From: a virus
IMG/VR virus record: IMGVR_UViG_3300045741_000352
Coordinates: 6,490-70,489 of that record
Strand: one strand, 5' to 3'
DNA: 64,000 nucleotides
Below the pieces are notes generated by a model. The model worked only from the letters and a program-made list of their open reading frames with translations, was not told where the DNA came from and made no database searches. Below are positions 37,780 to 47,917 of the stretch, in pieces. The translations under genes were made by a program, and so were the position numbers. Numbering within the stretch: position 1 is the stretch's first letter; every line of letters begins with the position of its first letter.

Positions 37780-38327
37780 CATACGCAGCTATCGCCGTTG
37801 CTGCTGTTGGTGCTGTATCAACCATCGCAAGTGTCGCATCAGGGGGCAATAAACAAACATCATCCTCGTCATCGCAGCTTGAGTTTCCCGATGAGACACG
37901 TCGTCTTTTTCAAGATGTTGAAGAACCTATACTTTCTGGTAGTTTGAATGAACAAAGCTCTCTTTTACAACCGTTCCTGGGTGGTTTCAAACCCGGACAG
38001 GCAAAAGAGGCGGGTTTTGGTGGATTGAAAGACATCGTACAGGGTGCTACACGCAAAGGCGGACAAACCGCAGGCGTAAATGATTTAGGGCCAATTTTTG
38101 AAGACACAGCGGGACTGCCTCCAGCACTTATAAACGCACTACGATCACTTGTGCTTCAACGTGGGGCATCGCTCAATTCAGTAGTACCAGCAGGATACGG
38201 GCAATTTTTATCACCTTCGACGTTTACGCAGTCAACACAGGCGGGTCCGTCAGCATTTGATTCCGGGTTTCAGATTGCAGGAAGTCTTGCAAACGTAGCT
38301 GGTGCCTACTACGGCAAAGCGGGGTAG
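37776..38327 (+). CDS. putative internal virion protein
   Basis: 183 aa with a hydrophobic N-terminus, MTYAAIAVAAVGAVSTIASVA. ATGA overlap with the upstream gene. Confidence 0.45.
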   Translation: MTYAAIAVAAVGAVSTIASVASGGNKQTSSSSSQLEFPDETRRLFQDVEEPILSGSLNEQSSLLQPFLGGFKPGQAKEAGFGGLKDIVQGATRKGGQTAGVNDLGPIFEDTAGLPPALINALRSLVLQRGASLNSVVPAGYGQFLSPSTFTQSTQAGPSAFDSGFQIAGSLANVAGAYYGKAG

Positions 38328-38330
38328 TGT

Positions 38331-41141
38331 ATGGCAGGATTTGGTGACTTCTTACAGGCAATTCACTTTGGCGTAGGTCTCGCGGGTGGTTTTGCTGCAC
38401 AGGCGGCACAGGAGCGTGCAGCGGCGCAGCAACAACGCCTTGAAGGTTTGAAACTCCTCAAAGATGATGAACATGAATTTGTGCCTGCTGGTGATGTGCC
38501 AAATCAAGCAGGCTTTTTAGGTACACTGTTCGGAGCACCTGCCGCTCCTGACGTGTACAACATTGCTGGAAGTAATTTTCGTCTTCAACGTAGACCACCT
38601 ATTAGTCTTACACCGCTCACAGATACCACAGCTTCGCAAACAGAAGTGAAACCAAGCGCAACGAGTTTCGGCACTGTACAACCACTCAGCGATGTGCAAC
38701 CTGCTGCACCAAATATCACAACACCGGAACAGAAACCAAGCGCAAACAATGCGGTGACACAACCAAATGCTGCCGCAGTTGCACCTTCGCTCATAAAAGC
38801 AGCGAGAACAATAAATGTCGCGCCGTCTGATTTATTCGCACTTGCACACGTTGAAAGTAGTTTTAATCCAAAAGCTGTTGGTCGTGTAACTAAATATGGT
38901 TGGCAAGCACAGGGACTTTTACAATTGAGTCCTGATACTGCTCGTGATTATGGTGTACGTGATGTGTTTGATCCTGATCAAAATGCACTTGGCGGCGCAC
39001 AGAAATGGGCATATTCGCTACGTAAGGCTGATGGAGACCCTGCTGAGGCGTACAGGCGCTTCTATAATCCTGGTGCAAGTGATGCAGATGTACGGAAGTT
39101 TCTGGACGCTCGTGATCGGTTTCAAAATTTACCAGCACTTACTGATAAAGTAGTGAATGCACGCTTTGCCGGACCCGGAGCTGCGGCACCTGCTGAAGTG
39201 CCGGTACCCACAGAGAAGCCCGAAAATACCGACTTGAATGTACAGAACGCATCGACGCAAGGTGCAACTGAGCAACCGACAACGGCGCAAGGTGCAACTG
39301 AGCAACCGACAACGGCACAACCGACAACGGCACAACCGACAACGGCACAACCGACAACGGCACAACCGACAACGGCACAACCGACAACGGCACAACCTGT
39401 CGCACCCAAGCCGTCACTCATTGAGACACCATACGAGACGCCAGAGCAGCGCGGTATTAAAGCCTATAACAAAACACTTCAGCAATTTCAACCGTTCACA
39501 CGCACAAAGAAGGATGCTGAAGCCGCAGTCAAAGCCGCACTTATTGCTCAGGAAAAAGCAGAAAAGGACCACGAAACTGAAGTCTCTGTGCGTGTACCAG
39601 CGGAAGTAAAAAAGTTTCTTGAAAATGAGCACCGCCCACAGGTGATCGAAGCGGCAAAAGATGTGCGTACTTTGCCGCAATTTGGTGAATTACTTCTCAA
39701 GGCACGTAACACACCCGAAGTGCCCTGGATTCAGCAAGCTACAGCGGCTATGCAGCAAGCACTTGCACAATCACCAGAGGTGCAAAAACAGGTTGCATCC
39801 AACATCTATCAAAAGATGCTCGCAGCGAACTTCACACCGCAGGTTATCAATGACACGTTGACAAACGCAGGTTATACTGGCGCACTCAAAACACAAGAAG
39901 AAGTTGAGCGTACAAATGCACTGGCCGGTCCCCAGGCAAAAGCGGCAGCGCAATCTCGTGAAGCTGTGCTGACGACGGAATTAAACAAACGCGCCGCTGC
40001 GGTAAAATCTGCAGAAAGTTTGCTGGCGAAAGATGATTTTGAAGGCGCACAGCAGGCACTTAGTGTTGGACAAATCCCATTTACTGACTGGCCTGAAAAA
40101 CTCAAAACACACCTCGCAGTAGCGGAAATATCTGGAACTGCTACTGCCAAAGCTGAAGCAAAAGCACAGGAAACTAAGGCGACCACAGAGGTCACAAAAC
40201 GATTTGCGAATCTCGGTACACCTGAATATCAAGCTATACGCGAGCGTGTGTATAAAAAAGGCATCGCAGATGGTGAGATAGAGCCTGGTACGCCCTATGG
40301 TGATCTACCGTATTCATTCGACCAAAAAGTACACGAACAGGCTGTACAAGATGATCTCAAATTACAGGTGCAAAAATCTGGAGATCAACGTGTACCTGAA
40401 GCGACACTGCGTGATTATATCGACCCCATCACACACCACTCTGTTCGCGCTCCTATTGGTGTAACGTGGTCACAGCTACAAGAGTTGACAAAAAATTTAC
40501 CAGAATCTCCTGTGCTTGTTACGCCGAAAGATAGAGAAGCTGTACAAACTCTTGATTCATTTACCGCAGTAGCAAACGACCTTAAAACACGTCTTGAACG
40601 TTTATCTCAACCAGGTAAGCCGTTATATGGCGTCACTTCGGGTCTCTTTGATCGCGTAGCACTGGCGGCAAGTCTGATAAAATCGGCAAGAACACAAGAT
40701 GAGCAAGATCTTAAAGTGCTTCAACAGCGTCTAAGTGAATGGGGCACAAAAACTATTGTGAACATTGAAGGTCTAAAAGGACGCCCCGCGTTTCAATTAT
40801 TACAACCGGCACTTGAGTTGCGCCCGAATCTCAACGTGGGAATAACCAAATTACCAGACACACCAGCACAGATACTTGCACAAATAAACGGCGACTTAGA
40901 CCTTGTGCATCATTTGACAAATAACATCATCTACGGTCGTCGTGAAACGGACATTCCAGAATACCTACGTGACCCTGAGTATTACAAAAAAGCGATACCG
41001 CAACAGAGTACGTCAGCGATACCTGCAACGACTACACCCACAGCGACATCGGCTACACCAGCAGCGCGAGCGCAAGCGGCTGGCACGACGCCAGCAGCGT
41101 CACCAACAAATGATCCATTAGATATCAACATAAATAAATAA
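38331..41141 (+). CDS. internal virion protein with a lytic transglycosylase (SLT) domain
   Basis: 936 aa. LFALAHVESSFNPKAVG ... GLLQLSPDTARDYGV is the E-S ... GLMQ-type SLT signature. A long coiled-coil-like C-terminal region follows. Confidence 0.8.
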   Translation: MAGFGDFLQAIHFGVGLAGGFAAQAAQERAAAQQQRLEGLKLLKDDEHEFVPAGDVPNQAGFLGTLFGAPAAPDVYNIAGSNFRLQRRPPISLTPLTDTTASQTEVKPSATSFGTVQPLSDVQPAAPNITTPEQKPSANNAVTQPNAAAVAPSLIKAARTINVAPSDLFALAHVESSFNPKAVGRVTKYGWQAQGLLQLSPDTARDYGVRDVFDPDQNALGGAQKWAYSLRKADGDPAEAYRRFYNPGASDADVRKFLDARDRFQNLPALTDKVVNARFAGPGAAAPAEVPVPTEKPENTDLNVQNASTQGATEQPTTAQGATEQPTTAQPTTAQPTTAQPTTAQPTTAQPTTAQPVAPKPSLIETPYETPEQRGIKAYNKTLQQFQPFTRTKKDAEAAVKAALIAQEKAEKDHETEVSVRVPAEVKKFLENEHRPQVIEAAKDVRTLPQFGELLLKARNTPEVPWIQQATAAMQQALAQSPEVQKQVASNIYQKMLAANFTPQVINDTLTNAGYTGALKTQEEVERTNALAGPQAKAAAQSREAVLTTELNKRAAAVKSAESLLAKDDFEGAQQALSVGQIPFTDWPEKLKTHLAVAEISGTATAKAEAKAQETKATTEVTKRFANLGTPEYQAIRERVYKKGIADGEIEPGTPYGDLPYSFDQKVHEQAVQDDLKLQVQKSGDQRVPEATLRDYIDPITHHSVRAPIGVTWSQLQELTKNLPESPVLVTPKDREAVQTLDSFTAVANDLKTRLERLSQPGKPLYGVTSGLFDRVALAASLIKSARTQDEQDLKVLQQRLSEWGTKTIVNIEGLKGRPAFQLLQPALELRPNLNVGITKLPDTPAQILAQINGDLDLVHHLTNNIIYGRRETDIPEYLRDPEYYKKAIPQQSTSAIPATTTPTATSATPAARAQAAGTTPAASPTNDPLDININK
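39258..39396 (+). repeat. in-frame tandem repeats (30 bp x2, then 15 bp x6) encoding a TTAQP linker
   Basis: caaggtgcaactgagcaaccgacaacggc(g/a) occurs twice, followed by caaccgacaacggca six times. The protein reads QGATEQPTTAQGATEQPTTAQPTTAQPTTAQPTTAQPTTAQPTTAQP. Confidence 0.9.
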
Positions 41142-41153
41142 TGGAGTATACAC

Positions 41154-44100
41154 GTGGGTCCGTATGATGCAATGGATGACACTGAACTCGCAGTAAAAAT
41201 CAAAGCACTTGATGATGAAACACTTGGCAGCAAAATTAAACAGTTGTTGCCAGGTGTGTATGACGCACTAGATAATGTTGAAATCGGAAAGCGCGTGAAA
41301 AGACTGCCTGATGTGCAACTTGGACAAAAAATCAAACAAATTACAACACAACTTCAAGTAGAACAAAAAGCTACACAAAAAACAACACCACCGGATATTA
41401 CACGACCTTCAACACAGATGCGTACCCCAGACAACGCATCCATCAATAAAGAAGATTTAGGTACAATACAACAACAACTACAAGAAGCCGATACAACGCA
41501 CGAAGTTGGTCAGCCGTCATTTCTCGAACGTGTGCTTCCTCAAAGTGTGCTTGATAGTGCTCACACTGCACAGAACTTCATTTCAGGCAGCGCACCGACT
41601 GATATAGATACTACCACGGGTGGTGCCGCACCCGTGGTAAAAGGTGTTGTACAGGGTCTTGACAGCATGGTAGGTGCTATAACTCGTCCTGTAGGTAAAG
41701 CACTGGAGTGGTATGGTCTAATACCTGAAGCGCTCGGTGTTGTCCCTGAAGGTACAGGGAACGTGTCTTCATCTGTCGGTCAGGCGCTACAGTCACCCGC
41801 AGCTACACAGCCAATCGAGAACACCGTAACAGCCGGACAAGGCTTTCACCCATCAGAAGGCCCCGCTGCTGTGTTACAGCACGTGATTAGTAGTGTAGTA
41901 GGGGCAGCAGCACCTCTGGCACTCTCAGCACGCCTCTTGCCGCTATTAGGCGCAGGTTTCGAGTTACCAACTTCTGAGCAAATCATACAGGCGATGAGAT
42001 TAGGTCGTAACGGTGCATTAACTGGTGAAGCGGCAAAGGCACGTGGCATAGGGCCATGGGGTCAGTTTTTTTCAGAACTTGCTGGTGGCGCTATGGAACC
42101 GAAACAGGTAGTGCAGATATTCAGAGCACTGCGAGAGCGACCTGAATTGCGTAGTTACCTGACAGCATCAACAGGTAAGATACTTGATAAAAATACGAAA
42201 AACGTGGGCCAATTCGCAGAACAGGCTTTTGGCGGTCGCCCACTTTCAGAGCAATTTGCCAGCCCTGAATCGACCAATCCTGGTACACTTGAGCGACGAA
42301 AAAATGCGTTACAGAATTTTGTAGGTGAACAACAGAAATCAGTTTTTGAAGCGCAGCAAACAGCACAAGAAACAGCGCAAACTGCCGCCACAGCTCGTGA
42401 TCGTCTTCATGTGCTTAACTCAGGTGCCGTAGAACGTCAGTTCGCTGCTGATGATATCGCAGCGTCTCAAATCGAAAATGCACAACAAAAAATGCAGGAT
42501 ATTGAGGACAAAATTACACAGGTGCGTAATAGTGGTGCTATTGATGCACATGAGCAAGAAGTTGCACTTGTGAGGCAAAAAGCTGACGTGCGCGACCAGT
42601 ATACGCAAGCAACACGTGCAGCGAGAGATGCACATAACGCTATCGCAGATACAATATACAATGATAACAAATCTGTACAGCGTAGTATCGCAGATATTCA
42701 AGATCAATCAGAACAACTTGCTGCTGCAAATACAAAAACTATCAATGATGTGCTTGACTACGCACAAAAAAACGCAGCAAAAGTTGGTTCTGAGGTTGCA
42801 AACGCTGGAAGTAGGCAAACAGATGTGGGTCGTGGTTTGCTCGAAGCTGGTGGTACAAACTTACAACAATTTTACGACATTATTGTACAACGCATTAAAT
42901 CTGTTTTAGGTCGGCAGTATGAGGATTTACTTGCAGATACAAACATTACAGGAAATGCCAAGAAATTAGATGAAATCATACAAAGGTATAAGCCAACTAT
43001 TGAACCAGAATCAATTCCTACCGCAGAAGTAGCTGGTAGGTACGCACCGAAAGGCTTGCTAAAAGATTTTGAAAACAAGTTAGCACAGTTGGGTGAAAAT
43101 GTAACAACAGTCTCCTTCAAAGATATACATGAGTTCAGGTCAAATGTGTACGATGAGATACGACGTACAGCGTATGGTGATCCCAGACGACGCTCGCTTA
43201 TGCAGCTTGCAGGTGAACTCGAAGCGTACATCAATAACATCGGAGACGGGCACCCTGACTTACCGCAATACCGAACATTGAATGACAGTTATCGCACAGA
43301 AATTCGACGTGTAACTGGTGGACCCGGTTATTATACCCAACTGAAAAATCCAATTACGGGTGACGTAATTCATACACCTATTGAAGATGTAGCACACATC
43401 TTCGGACCCGGACCTACGCTTGAACGTACAACTGGTGTAGCAGCACAGCGTGCAAATAACTTCAGCACTTTTCTCCGTGATGTGGGCGATGTTGCTGAGT
43501 CTGCGCGTCTGCAAAATGATACTGCGACACAGAACATGGCAGAGGGCGCAAAAGCAGCTATATTTGACATTATTCGTAACCACTTTTATCAAAGTGTCAT
43601 GAAGGATGGTGTTTACACACCCAAGCTCGCTGAAAAGTGGTTCAACGATTACAGCTCGTATCTCAATGAATCGCCAGAACTTGCAAGAATTTTTAGCACA
43701 CCGAAAGATCGTCTCGCCGCAGTACGTCAGGTGGAAGCAAATGCACAGGCGGCACAAGAACTACCTCAGACATATATAGAAGCGATGCGTAAAGAGTTGA
43801 GTGCACGCACTATTGCAGATAGGGACGCTTTACGTGAGTCACAACGTGCCCGAACTGCCGCTACGGACAATGCCACAGACACGAGAGCACTCAGTAATGA
43901 CATACTTGAAGAGGATCGTTTAGCACTTGCCCGTCAAAAAATTGAAAATAGCCAGAGAACCACAGAAGAGTTGACAAAGGCACAGCGTGCTCGTGATGCT
44001 GAGATCAGACAGGCAAAAATGGAAAGAGAAGCTACGAGACGAGATATTACACGCGAAAAAGTGAAGCAGCAAGATGTGGTGTATGACGCTGATAAGCGTG

Positions 44101-44879
44101 CAAAAGAAGCCGCAGACCTCGAAGCACAGGCGGTGAAATACTACAAAGAGACTTTTGGTAACACCGACGCAGCACAAGCATCACTGGAAGAAGACCTTGT
44201 GCATGAACACATCGGGTCACGTCCATCTGACATTATCGCACAGATGAATGACATCGGTGCGAATACGCCGGGTGGTGACGCACAGCGTGGGAAATACTTT
44301 GGGTTTTTCTTCCGCAAGGCTGGCGGTAATCAACATGGTGAAGTTGAGCAGGCGTTGTTACATGAAATGTGGCGACAATTTCTAGGAACAGATGCCGAAG
44401 GTAGACTGAATCCTCCTGACGTAGATAAAGCTGAAAAATTTATCACAAGAAATAGTCAGTTCCTTCGTGATTACTACCCTGACTACTATGATGACATCAC
44501 CAAAGTACACAGTGTTTTGAAGGAATTACAAGATTTACGTGATTTGTCGAACAAACTTTTCCCCGGTGGCGGTTCGCTCTTTTCACATGCAAGTGTCGCA
44601 TCTGGTGCAGCATACGCTCTGCACATCCTGGGGGCAATACCCTGGAATGCTGCGGTAGGTATTATTTTGGGATACGAGATTCCAGCTAACTTGCTCTGGC
44701 GACGTAGAGTAGCGGGACTCTCGAATATATATCTCAATGCAGACAACGCAGCTCTCGTGCGTAACAACATACTCACAAAGAATCCAGTGCCAAATGTCGC
44801 CAATGGAGCCGCGTACAGTATAGCAGTGCGTTCTGGTATTATCGCACGCGAAGCTGCTGATTTAGCAAAAAGTGAGTAA
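41154..44879 (+). CDS. very large internal virion / ejection-type protein
   Basis: 1241 aa with a GTG start after tggag. It is largely helical, Q/E/A/R-rich sequence with a hydrophobic C-terminal segment. It follows the SLT protein, as in podovirus core-protein clusters. Confidence 0.55.
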   Translation: MGPYDAMDDTELAVKIKALDDETLGSKIKQLLPGVYDALDNVEIGKRVKRLPDVQLGQKIKQITTQLQVEQKATQKTTPPDITRPSTQMRTPDNASINKEDLGTIQQQLQEADTTHEVGQPSFLERVLPQSVLDSAHTAQNFISGSAPTDIDTTTGGAAPVVKGVVQGLDSMVGAITRPVGKALEWYGLIPEALGVVPEGTGNVSSSVGQALQSPAATQPIENTVTAGQGFHPSEGPAAVLQHVISSVVGAAAPLALSARLLPLLGAGFELPTSEQIIQAMRLGRNGALTGEAAKARGIGPWGQFFSELAGGAMEPKQVVQIFRALRERPELRSYLTASTGKILDKNTKNVGQFAEQAFGGRPLSEQFASPESTNPGTLERRKNALQNFVGEQQKSVFEAQQTAQETAQTAATARDRLHVLNSGAVERQFAADDIAASQIENAQQKMQDIEDKITQVRNSGAIDAHEQEVALVRQKADVRDQYTQATRAARDAHNAIADTIYNDNKSVQRSIADIQDQSEQLAAANTKTINDVLDYAQKNAAKVGSEVANAGSRQTDVGRGLLEAGGTNLQQFYDIIVQRIKSVLGRQYEDLLADTNITGNAKKLDEIIQRYKPTIEPESIPTAEVAGRYAPKGLLKDFENKLAQLGENVTTVSFKDIHEFRSNVYDEIRRTAYGDPRRRSLMQLAGELEAYINNIGDGHPDLPQYRTLNDSYRTEIRRVTGGPGYYTQLKNPITGDVIHTPIEDVAHIFGPGPTLERTTGVAAQRANNFSTFLRDVGDVAESARLQNDTATQNMAEGAKAAIFDIIRNHFYQSVMKDGVYTPKLAEKWFNDYSSYLNESPELARIFSTPKDRLAAVRQVEANAQAAQELPQTYIEAMRKELSARTIADRDALRESQRARTAATDNATDTRALSNDILEEDRLALARQKIENSQRTTEELTKAQRARDAEIRQAKMEREATRRDITREKVKQQDVVYDADKRAKEAADLEAQAVKYYKETFGNTDAAQASLEEDLVHEHIGSRPSDIIAQMNDIGANTPGGDAQRGKYFGFFFRKAGGNQHGEVEQALLHEMWRQFLGTDAEGRLNPPDVDKAEKFITRNSQFLRDYYPDYYDDITKVHSVLKELQDLRDLSNKLFPGGGSLFSHASVASGAAYALHILGAIPWNAAVGIILGYEIPANLLWRRRVAGLSNIYLNADNAALVRNNILTKNPVPNVANGAAYSIAVRSGIIAREAADLAKSE

Positions 44880-44902
44880 CACTTTCTAGTAGGAGTTTTT
44901 CC

Positions 44903-45151
44903 ATGGCACATGAAGCTGCTGTCCAGGTGGTTAATACAATACACGAACAACTCGCTGGAATTGTTCGTGACGCCATAAATGCCCTGAAAGATGGACACAT
45001 AGATGCGATGGAAGGTATGATGCTCGGTATGCGAGCAATGAGCTTATCAAGCGCCATCATCCCTTTACTCGGACAGGCAACACCCCAAGTACGCAATGAT
45101 GTGCTATATGTACTGGAGCATGGGCAAATTGTCATGCCCGACACTCCCTGA
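44903..45151 (+). CDS. hypothetical protein
   Basis: Track ORF of 82 aa. Confidence 0.45.
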   Translation: MAHEAAVQVVNTIHEQLAGIVRDAINALKDGHIDAMEGMMLGMRAMSLSSAIIPLLGQATPQVRNDVLYVLEHGQIVMPDTP

Positions 45152-45186
45152 CAACAACACTTTTCATTGAATGTGGGAAATACTCT

Positions 45187-45456
45187 ATGGCGCAATCCAC
45201 TCCATTTGCAGATGTTTCAGCAGTCTTTTTCGCTCTGCAATGTATCGGCGCACTCTTTGCTTCTTTCCTCTGGTGGTGGATGCGTGATCTAGTACGGCAG
45301 TTTCGGGAACACGATGCTGCCGCAGATCGAGCCATGGGAGCCATGCGAGAGCAAATAGCTACACTCATGGCGTTCCAGCAATCTATGTCTCAATCACTTG
45401 ATGAGCTGCGTAATGAAGTACGCGAACTTCGGCACGCTTTAATCGAGCGTAGGTGA
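45187..45456 (+). CDS. membrane protein with a coiled-coil tail (holin- or spanin-like candidate)
   Basis: 89 aa. The TM segment VSAVFFALQCIGALFASFLWWW is followed by a charged helical region. Confidence 0.45.
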   Translation: MAQSTPFADVSAVFFALQCIGALFASFLWWWMRDLVRQFREHDAAADRAMGAMREQIATLMAFQQSMSQSLDELRNEVRELRHALIERR

Positions 45457-45457
45457 T

Positions 45458-45826
45458 GTGCGGAATGTCTGGCGGACTTTACAAAATTGTTTACTCATCC
45501 TGGCAAATATCTGGGCGTTTCGGCAATTATGGCGAGTGATGCGATACAATGAAAAACCTGCTGTATTTTATTCTATATTACTATTTTTTGTAATAGTTCT
45601 CTGGTTTTACAGTGTGTATGAGTTGCAACATGATACTGCACAATTTGTGTGGGGAAATAATGGAAGTCACATTTATCACTGGTCAGGTTGTCCCAACTAT
45701 CCTGCACAGGTAAATCCTCTTTCAAATTGGCAGCGCTTTAACAGTCGCGCAGATGCAGAGGCGGCGGGTTTTCGTCCAGCACGTAATTGTCCTGTGAGTG
45801 TCCCGTCCTCAGAGAAAGAACGTTAG
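45458..45826 (+). CDS. membrane protein with an Ada-like metal-binding C-terminal motif
   Basis: 122 aa with two hydrophobic segments. The C-terminus is IYHWSGCPNY......FNSRADAEAAGFRPARNCPV, resembling the YH...C......F.s...A...G.rPC..C motif. Confidence 0.4.
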   Translation: MRNVWRTLQNCLLILANIWAFRQLWRVMRYNEKPAVFYSILLFFVIVLWFYSVYELQHDTAQFVWGNNGSHIYHWSGCPNYPAQVNPLSNWQRFNSRADAEAAGFRPARNCPVSVPSSEKER

Positions 45827-45853
45827 CGACGGGACGCCACATCAGTAACATGG

Positions 45854-46159
45854 TCAGTTGTCAGTGATTGAATTTACGATGCTTAACAGGAGATCACGGT
45901 AGGCTGGAATCGACCCAAAATGTTTGGTGACGGTTTCAGCACTCGGCATGTGCTCCTCAGTGCAAAAATCCTGTATTCTGGGCACATGATGATGTGCTTG
46001 AAAAAAAAGCACTCCCAACGCAAGACAATCGAAGGGAGAAAAAATAATGCCAGTTGAAAATTCTTTCCCTTCGACCTTGTATCGGTACTTTTTACAACAG
46101 TAGTGACGAACCATTAAAGCGTGGGCGGCTTTTTTATCTGTGACGGGTAGTGTTGCCAT
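45854..46159 (-). CDS. hypothetical protein
   Basis: Track ORF of 101 aa. It is the last gene of the leftward block and converges with the virion module. Confidence 0.4.
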   Translation of the reverse strand: MATLPVTDKKAAHALMVRHYCCKKYRYKVEGKEFSTGIIFSPFDCLALGVLFFQAHHHVPRIQDFCTEEHMPSAETVTKHFGSIPAYRDLLLSIVNSITDN

Positions 46160-46170
46160 CGCTTTTTCTG

Positions 46171-46581
46171 TTAACGTTTAATAAGTGGTGGATTACGCAC
46201 ACCGAAATAGACACGGTAGTGTTTATTACCAGCCGCGTCTGTATCGTCTCTCCGCGTCTTCAAGATGTAAACCTCACCGCTGTACCACTGGTTTGAAAGC
46301 CAGTAAGCTACTGCTTGCCACAGCGTAGGCTCATCAAGAGCTAAAGTCAGGACGCGCAGCTTTTTTCCGTCTTGCAGAGCTTCACTTTTGCTCTGGATGA
46401 TAGGATCAAGAGTGGTTAAACTCCGGTTGGCCCAATAGGTAATAGCTACCCAGAGTTCATCTACCGTCTCAAACTCAAACTCTCCTGTGTCGGTCCACTC
46501 AACACTTTGATAGGCATGAACCGGAACGATAAAAATCAACAACAACATCAGACAGATTATCAGCATTTTTTGACGTAGCAC
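46171..46581 (-). CDS. secreted hypothetical protein
   Basis: 136 aa with N-terminus MLRQKMLIICLMLLLIFIVPVHA-YQ, a signal-peptide-like sequence. Confidence 0.5.
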   Translation of the reverse strand: MLRQKMLIICLMLLLIFIVPVHAYQSVEWTDTGEFEFETVDELWVAITYWANRSLTTLDPIIQSKSEALQDGKKLRVLTLALDEPTLWQAVAYWLSNQWYSGEVYILKTRRDDTDAAGNKHYRVYFGVRNPPLIKR

Positions 46582-46599
46582 AATTGGGGTCTCCTTGTT

Positions 46600-46887
46600 T
46601 TATACGCCACGAAAGTCGTCAGACTTTGGAAGTTGAACTTCAACATCACTAGGAATAATCAACTCACCTTGCAGAGCCACAGCTTGAATGGCACGCATAC
46701 TCGCTTCTTCAAGATGTGTGAGAGCAAGACTCTGTGAGCGCCCCGCTGGTGTCGTGCGTAAAATGAGCGCACCGAGGTCAACAACCTTCTCACGAATCTT
46801 TTCCATCGTATCGGCTTGCACCCCGTCTACCTTATGGTAAAAAAGCGGTGTAAGTCGCTGTGCTTCTTCTGTGGTTAAGATTGTCAT
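46600..46887 (-). CDS. hypothetical protein
   Basis: ATG at 46887 (MTILTTEEAQRL) after agaggaag, within track ORF 46600..46920. Confidence 0.5.
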   Translation of the reverse strand: MTILTTEEAQRLTPLFYHKVDGVQADTMEKIREKVVDLGALILRTTPAGRSQSLALTHLEEASMRAIQAVALQGELIIPSDVEVQLPKSDDFRGV

Positions 46888-47147
46888 TTCTTCCTCTTTT
46901 CTTGTGTTGGTGCATCGCACCGTATCGTTTCATCTCCGATTTGTACCAGCTGCAAACCATTCGGTAATTTATAGACGGCAACAGCCGCACAGTAACCAGC
47001 TTTGAATCCTTGATCCCACTCTGTAATTTTTGTAGCTGCACTAACCCACACAACGACACTCAGGATGAATATCAAAATCAATTCAACAGTGTAGTATCTA
47101 GTAATCCTCTTCCTCCCTTTCCTCCTTCTCAGCTTTGATGCGCTCAT
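46884..47147 (-). CDS. hypothetical membrane protein (start uncertain)
   Basis: Track ORF of 87 aa with hydrophobic segment LILIFILSVVVWV. Its 5' end overlaps the 54-aa ORF. Confidence 0.35.
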   Translation of the reverse strand: MSASKLRRRKGRKRITRYYTVELILIFILSVVVWVSAATKITEWDQGFKAGYCAAVAVYKLPNGLQLVQIGDETIRCDAPTQEKRKK

Positions 47148-47262
47148 TTTCTACCTCAATTGCAAACAATCCAATTTTGTAATTGAGGTATCGACCGACA
47201 AGGTACGCCGCGATGAGCCACAACACAGCAAACAATAACAAAGGTCCAATCTCAAATGTCAT
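47098..47262 (-). CDS. small membrane protein (54 aa, below the track cutoff)
   Basis: Hand translation gives MTFEIGPLLLFAVLWLIAAYLVGRYLNYKIGLFAIEVENERIKAEKEEREEEDY. aaggaagag lies upstream of the ATG. Confidence 0.35.
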   Translation of the reverse strand: MTFEIGPLLLFAVLWLIAAYLVGRYLNYKIGLFAIEVENERIKAEKEEREEEDY

Positions 47263-47282
47263 AATCTCTTCCTTTAGTCTTC

Positions 47283-47699
47283 CTATTTACTCAGGCACCC
47301 CCCCAGATTGCACACGTATGATCTTCCTATTTGGTAATTCATATTTCCTAACTGCAAAGTCTCCCAACATGGTTGCTTAATAAAGTCGAGAGAGACGCCA
47401 TGAAAGAACTCTCCCTCCCTCTCCCCTTTCGGCATCGATACTGCCTTGAGGGCGTAACACCACCCCACGGCAGGCTCACCATGAAACCACTGACGTATGA
47501 TATTCCTCGCATCCTCAGCGGTCCCCCCTCGCCCCTCGAAATACATCGCCCATGATTCCCCACCCTTAGAATCAGCGCCGGAGTGGAAGTTCCCCTCTTC
47601 GGCATAGCCCTGCTCACTCAGGCCAAGACAGAGCATCAGAAGTACGATAGTTAAAAGCCAGACAGATAGTCGCGTCATCACTTTCCCCTGTTTACTCAT
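47283..47699 (-). CDS. secreted or membrane-anchored hypothetical protein
   Basis: 138 aa with N-terminal hydrophobic segment LSVWLLTIVLLMLCLGL. Confidence 0.5.
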   Translation of the reverse strand: MSKQGKVMTRLSVWLLTIVLLMLCLGLSEQGYAEEGNFHSGADSKGGESWAMYFEGRGGTAEDARNIIRQWFHGEPAVGWCYALKAVSMPKGEREGEFFHGVSLDFIKQPCWETLQLGNMNYQIGRSYVCNLGGCLSK

Positions 47700-47905
47700 T
47701 CCACACCCTTGTGAGTATTCAACCGCTTTGCAATAGCCACAAGTGCTTTGGCATAGATTGGCTCAATTTTCTGTTGAAACTGCTTGGGTGTGTCGCGCCG
47801 TATTGTATGTTCTACGTAAGTTACCTTCTCCAGAATCGCTCGTATATGATGGATGTCGGCAGCAGAAGAATCTTCATCCAATAAAAGTGGTAACTCATTA
47901 CTCAC
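47696..47905 (-). CDS. hypothetical protein
   Basis: Track ORF of 69 aa, with a 4-nt overlap with the downstream gene. Confidence 0.45.
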   Translation of the reverse strand: MSNELPLLLDEDSSAADIHHIRAILEKVTYVEHTIRRDTPKQFQQKIEPIYAKALVAIAKRLNTHKGVE

Positions 47906-47917
47906 AACACTACTCCT

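Noticed and set aside
39122-39421. Minus-strand ORFs with CAVVG, CRCRL or VVPLS repeats.
   Set aside because: They are antisense or alternative-frame artefacts of the 15-bp TTAQP repeat inside the 936-aa SLT protein.
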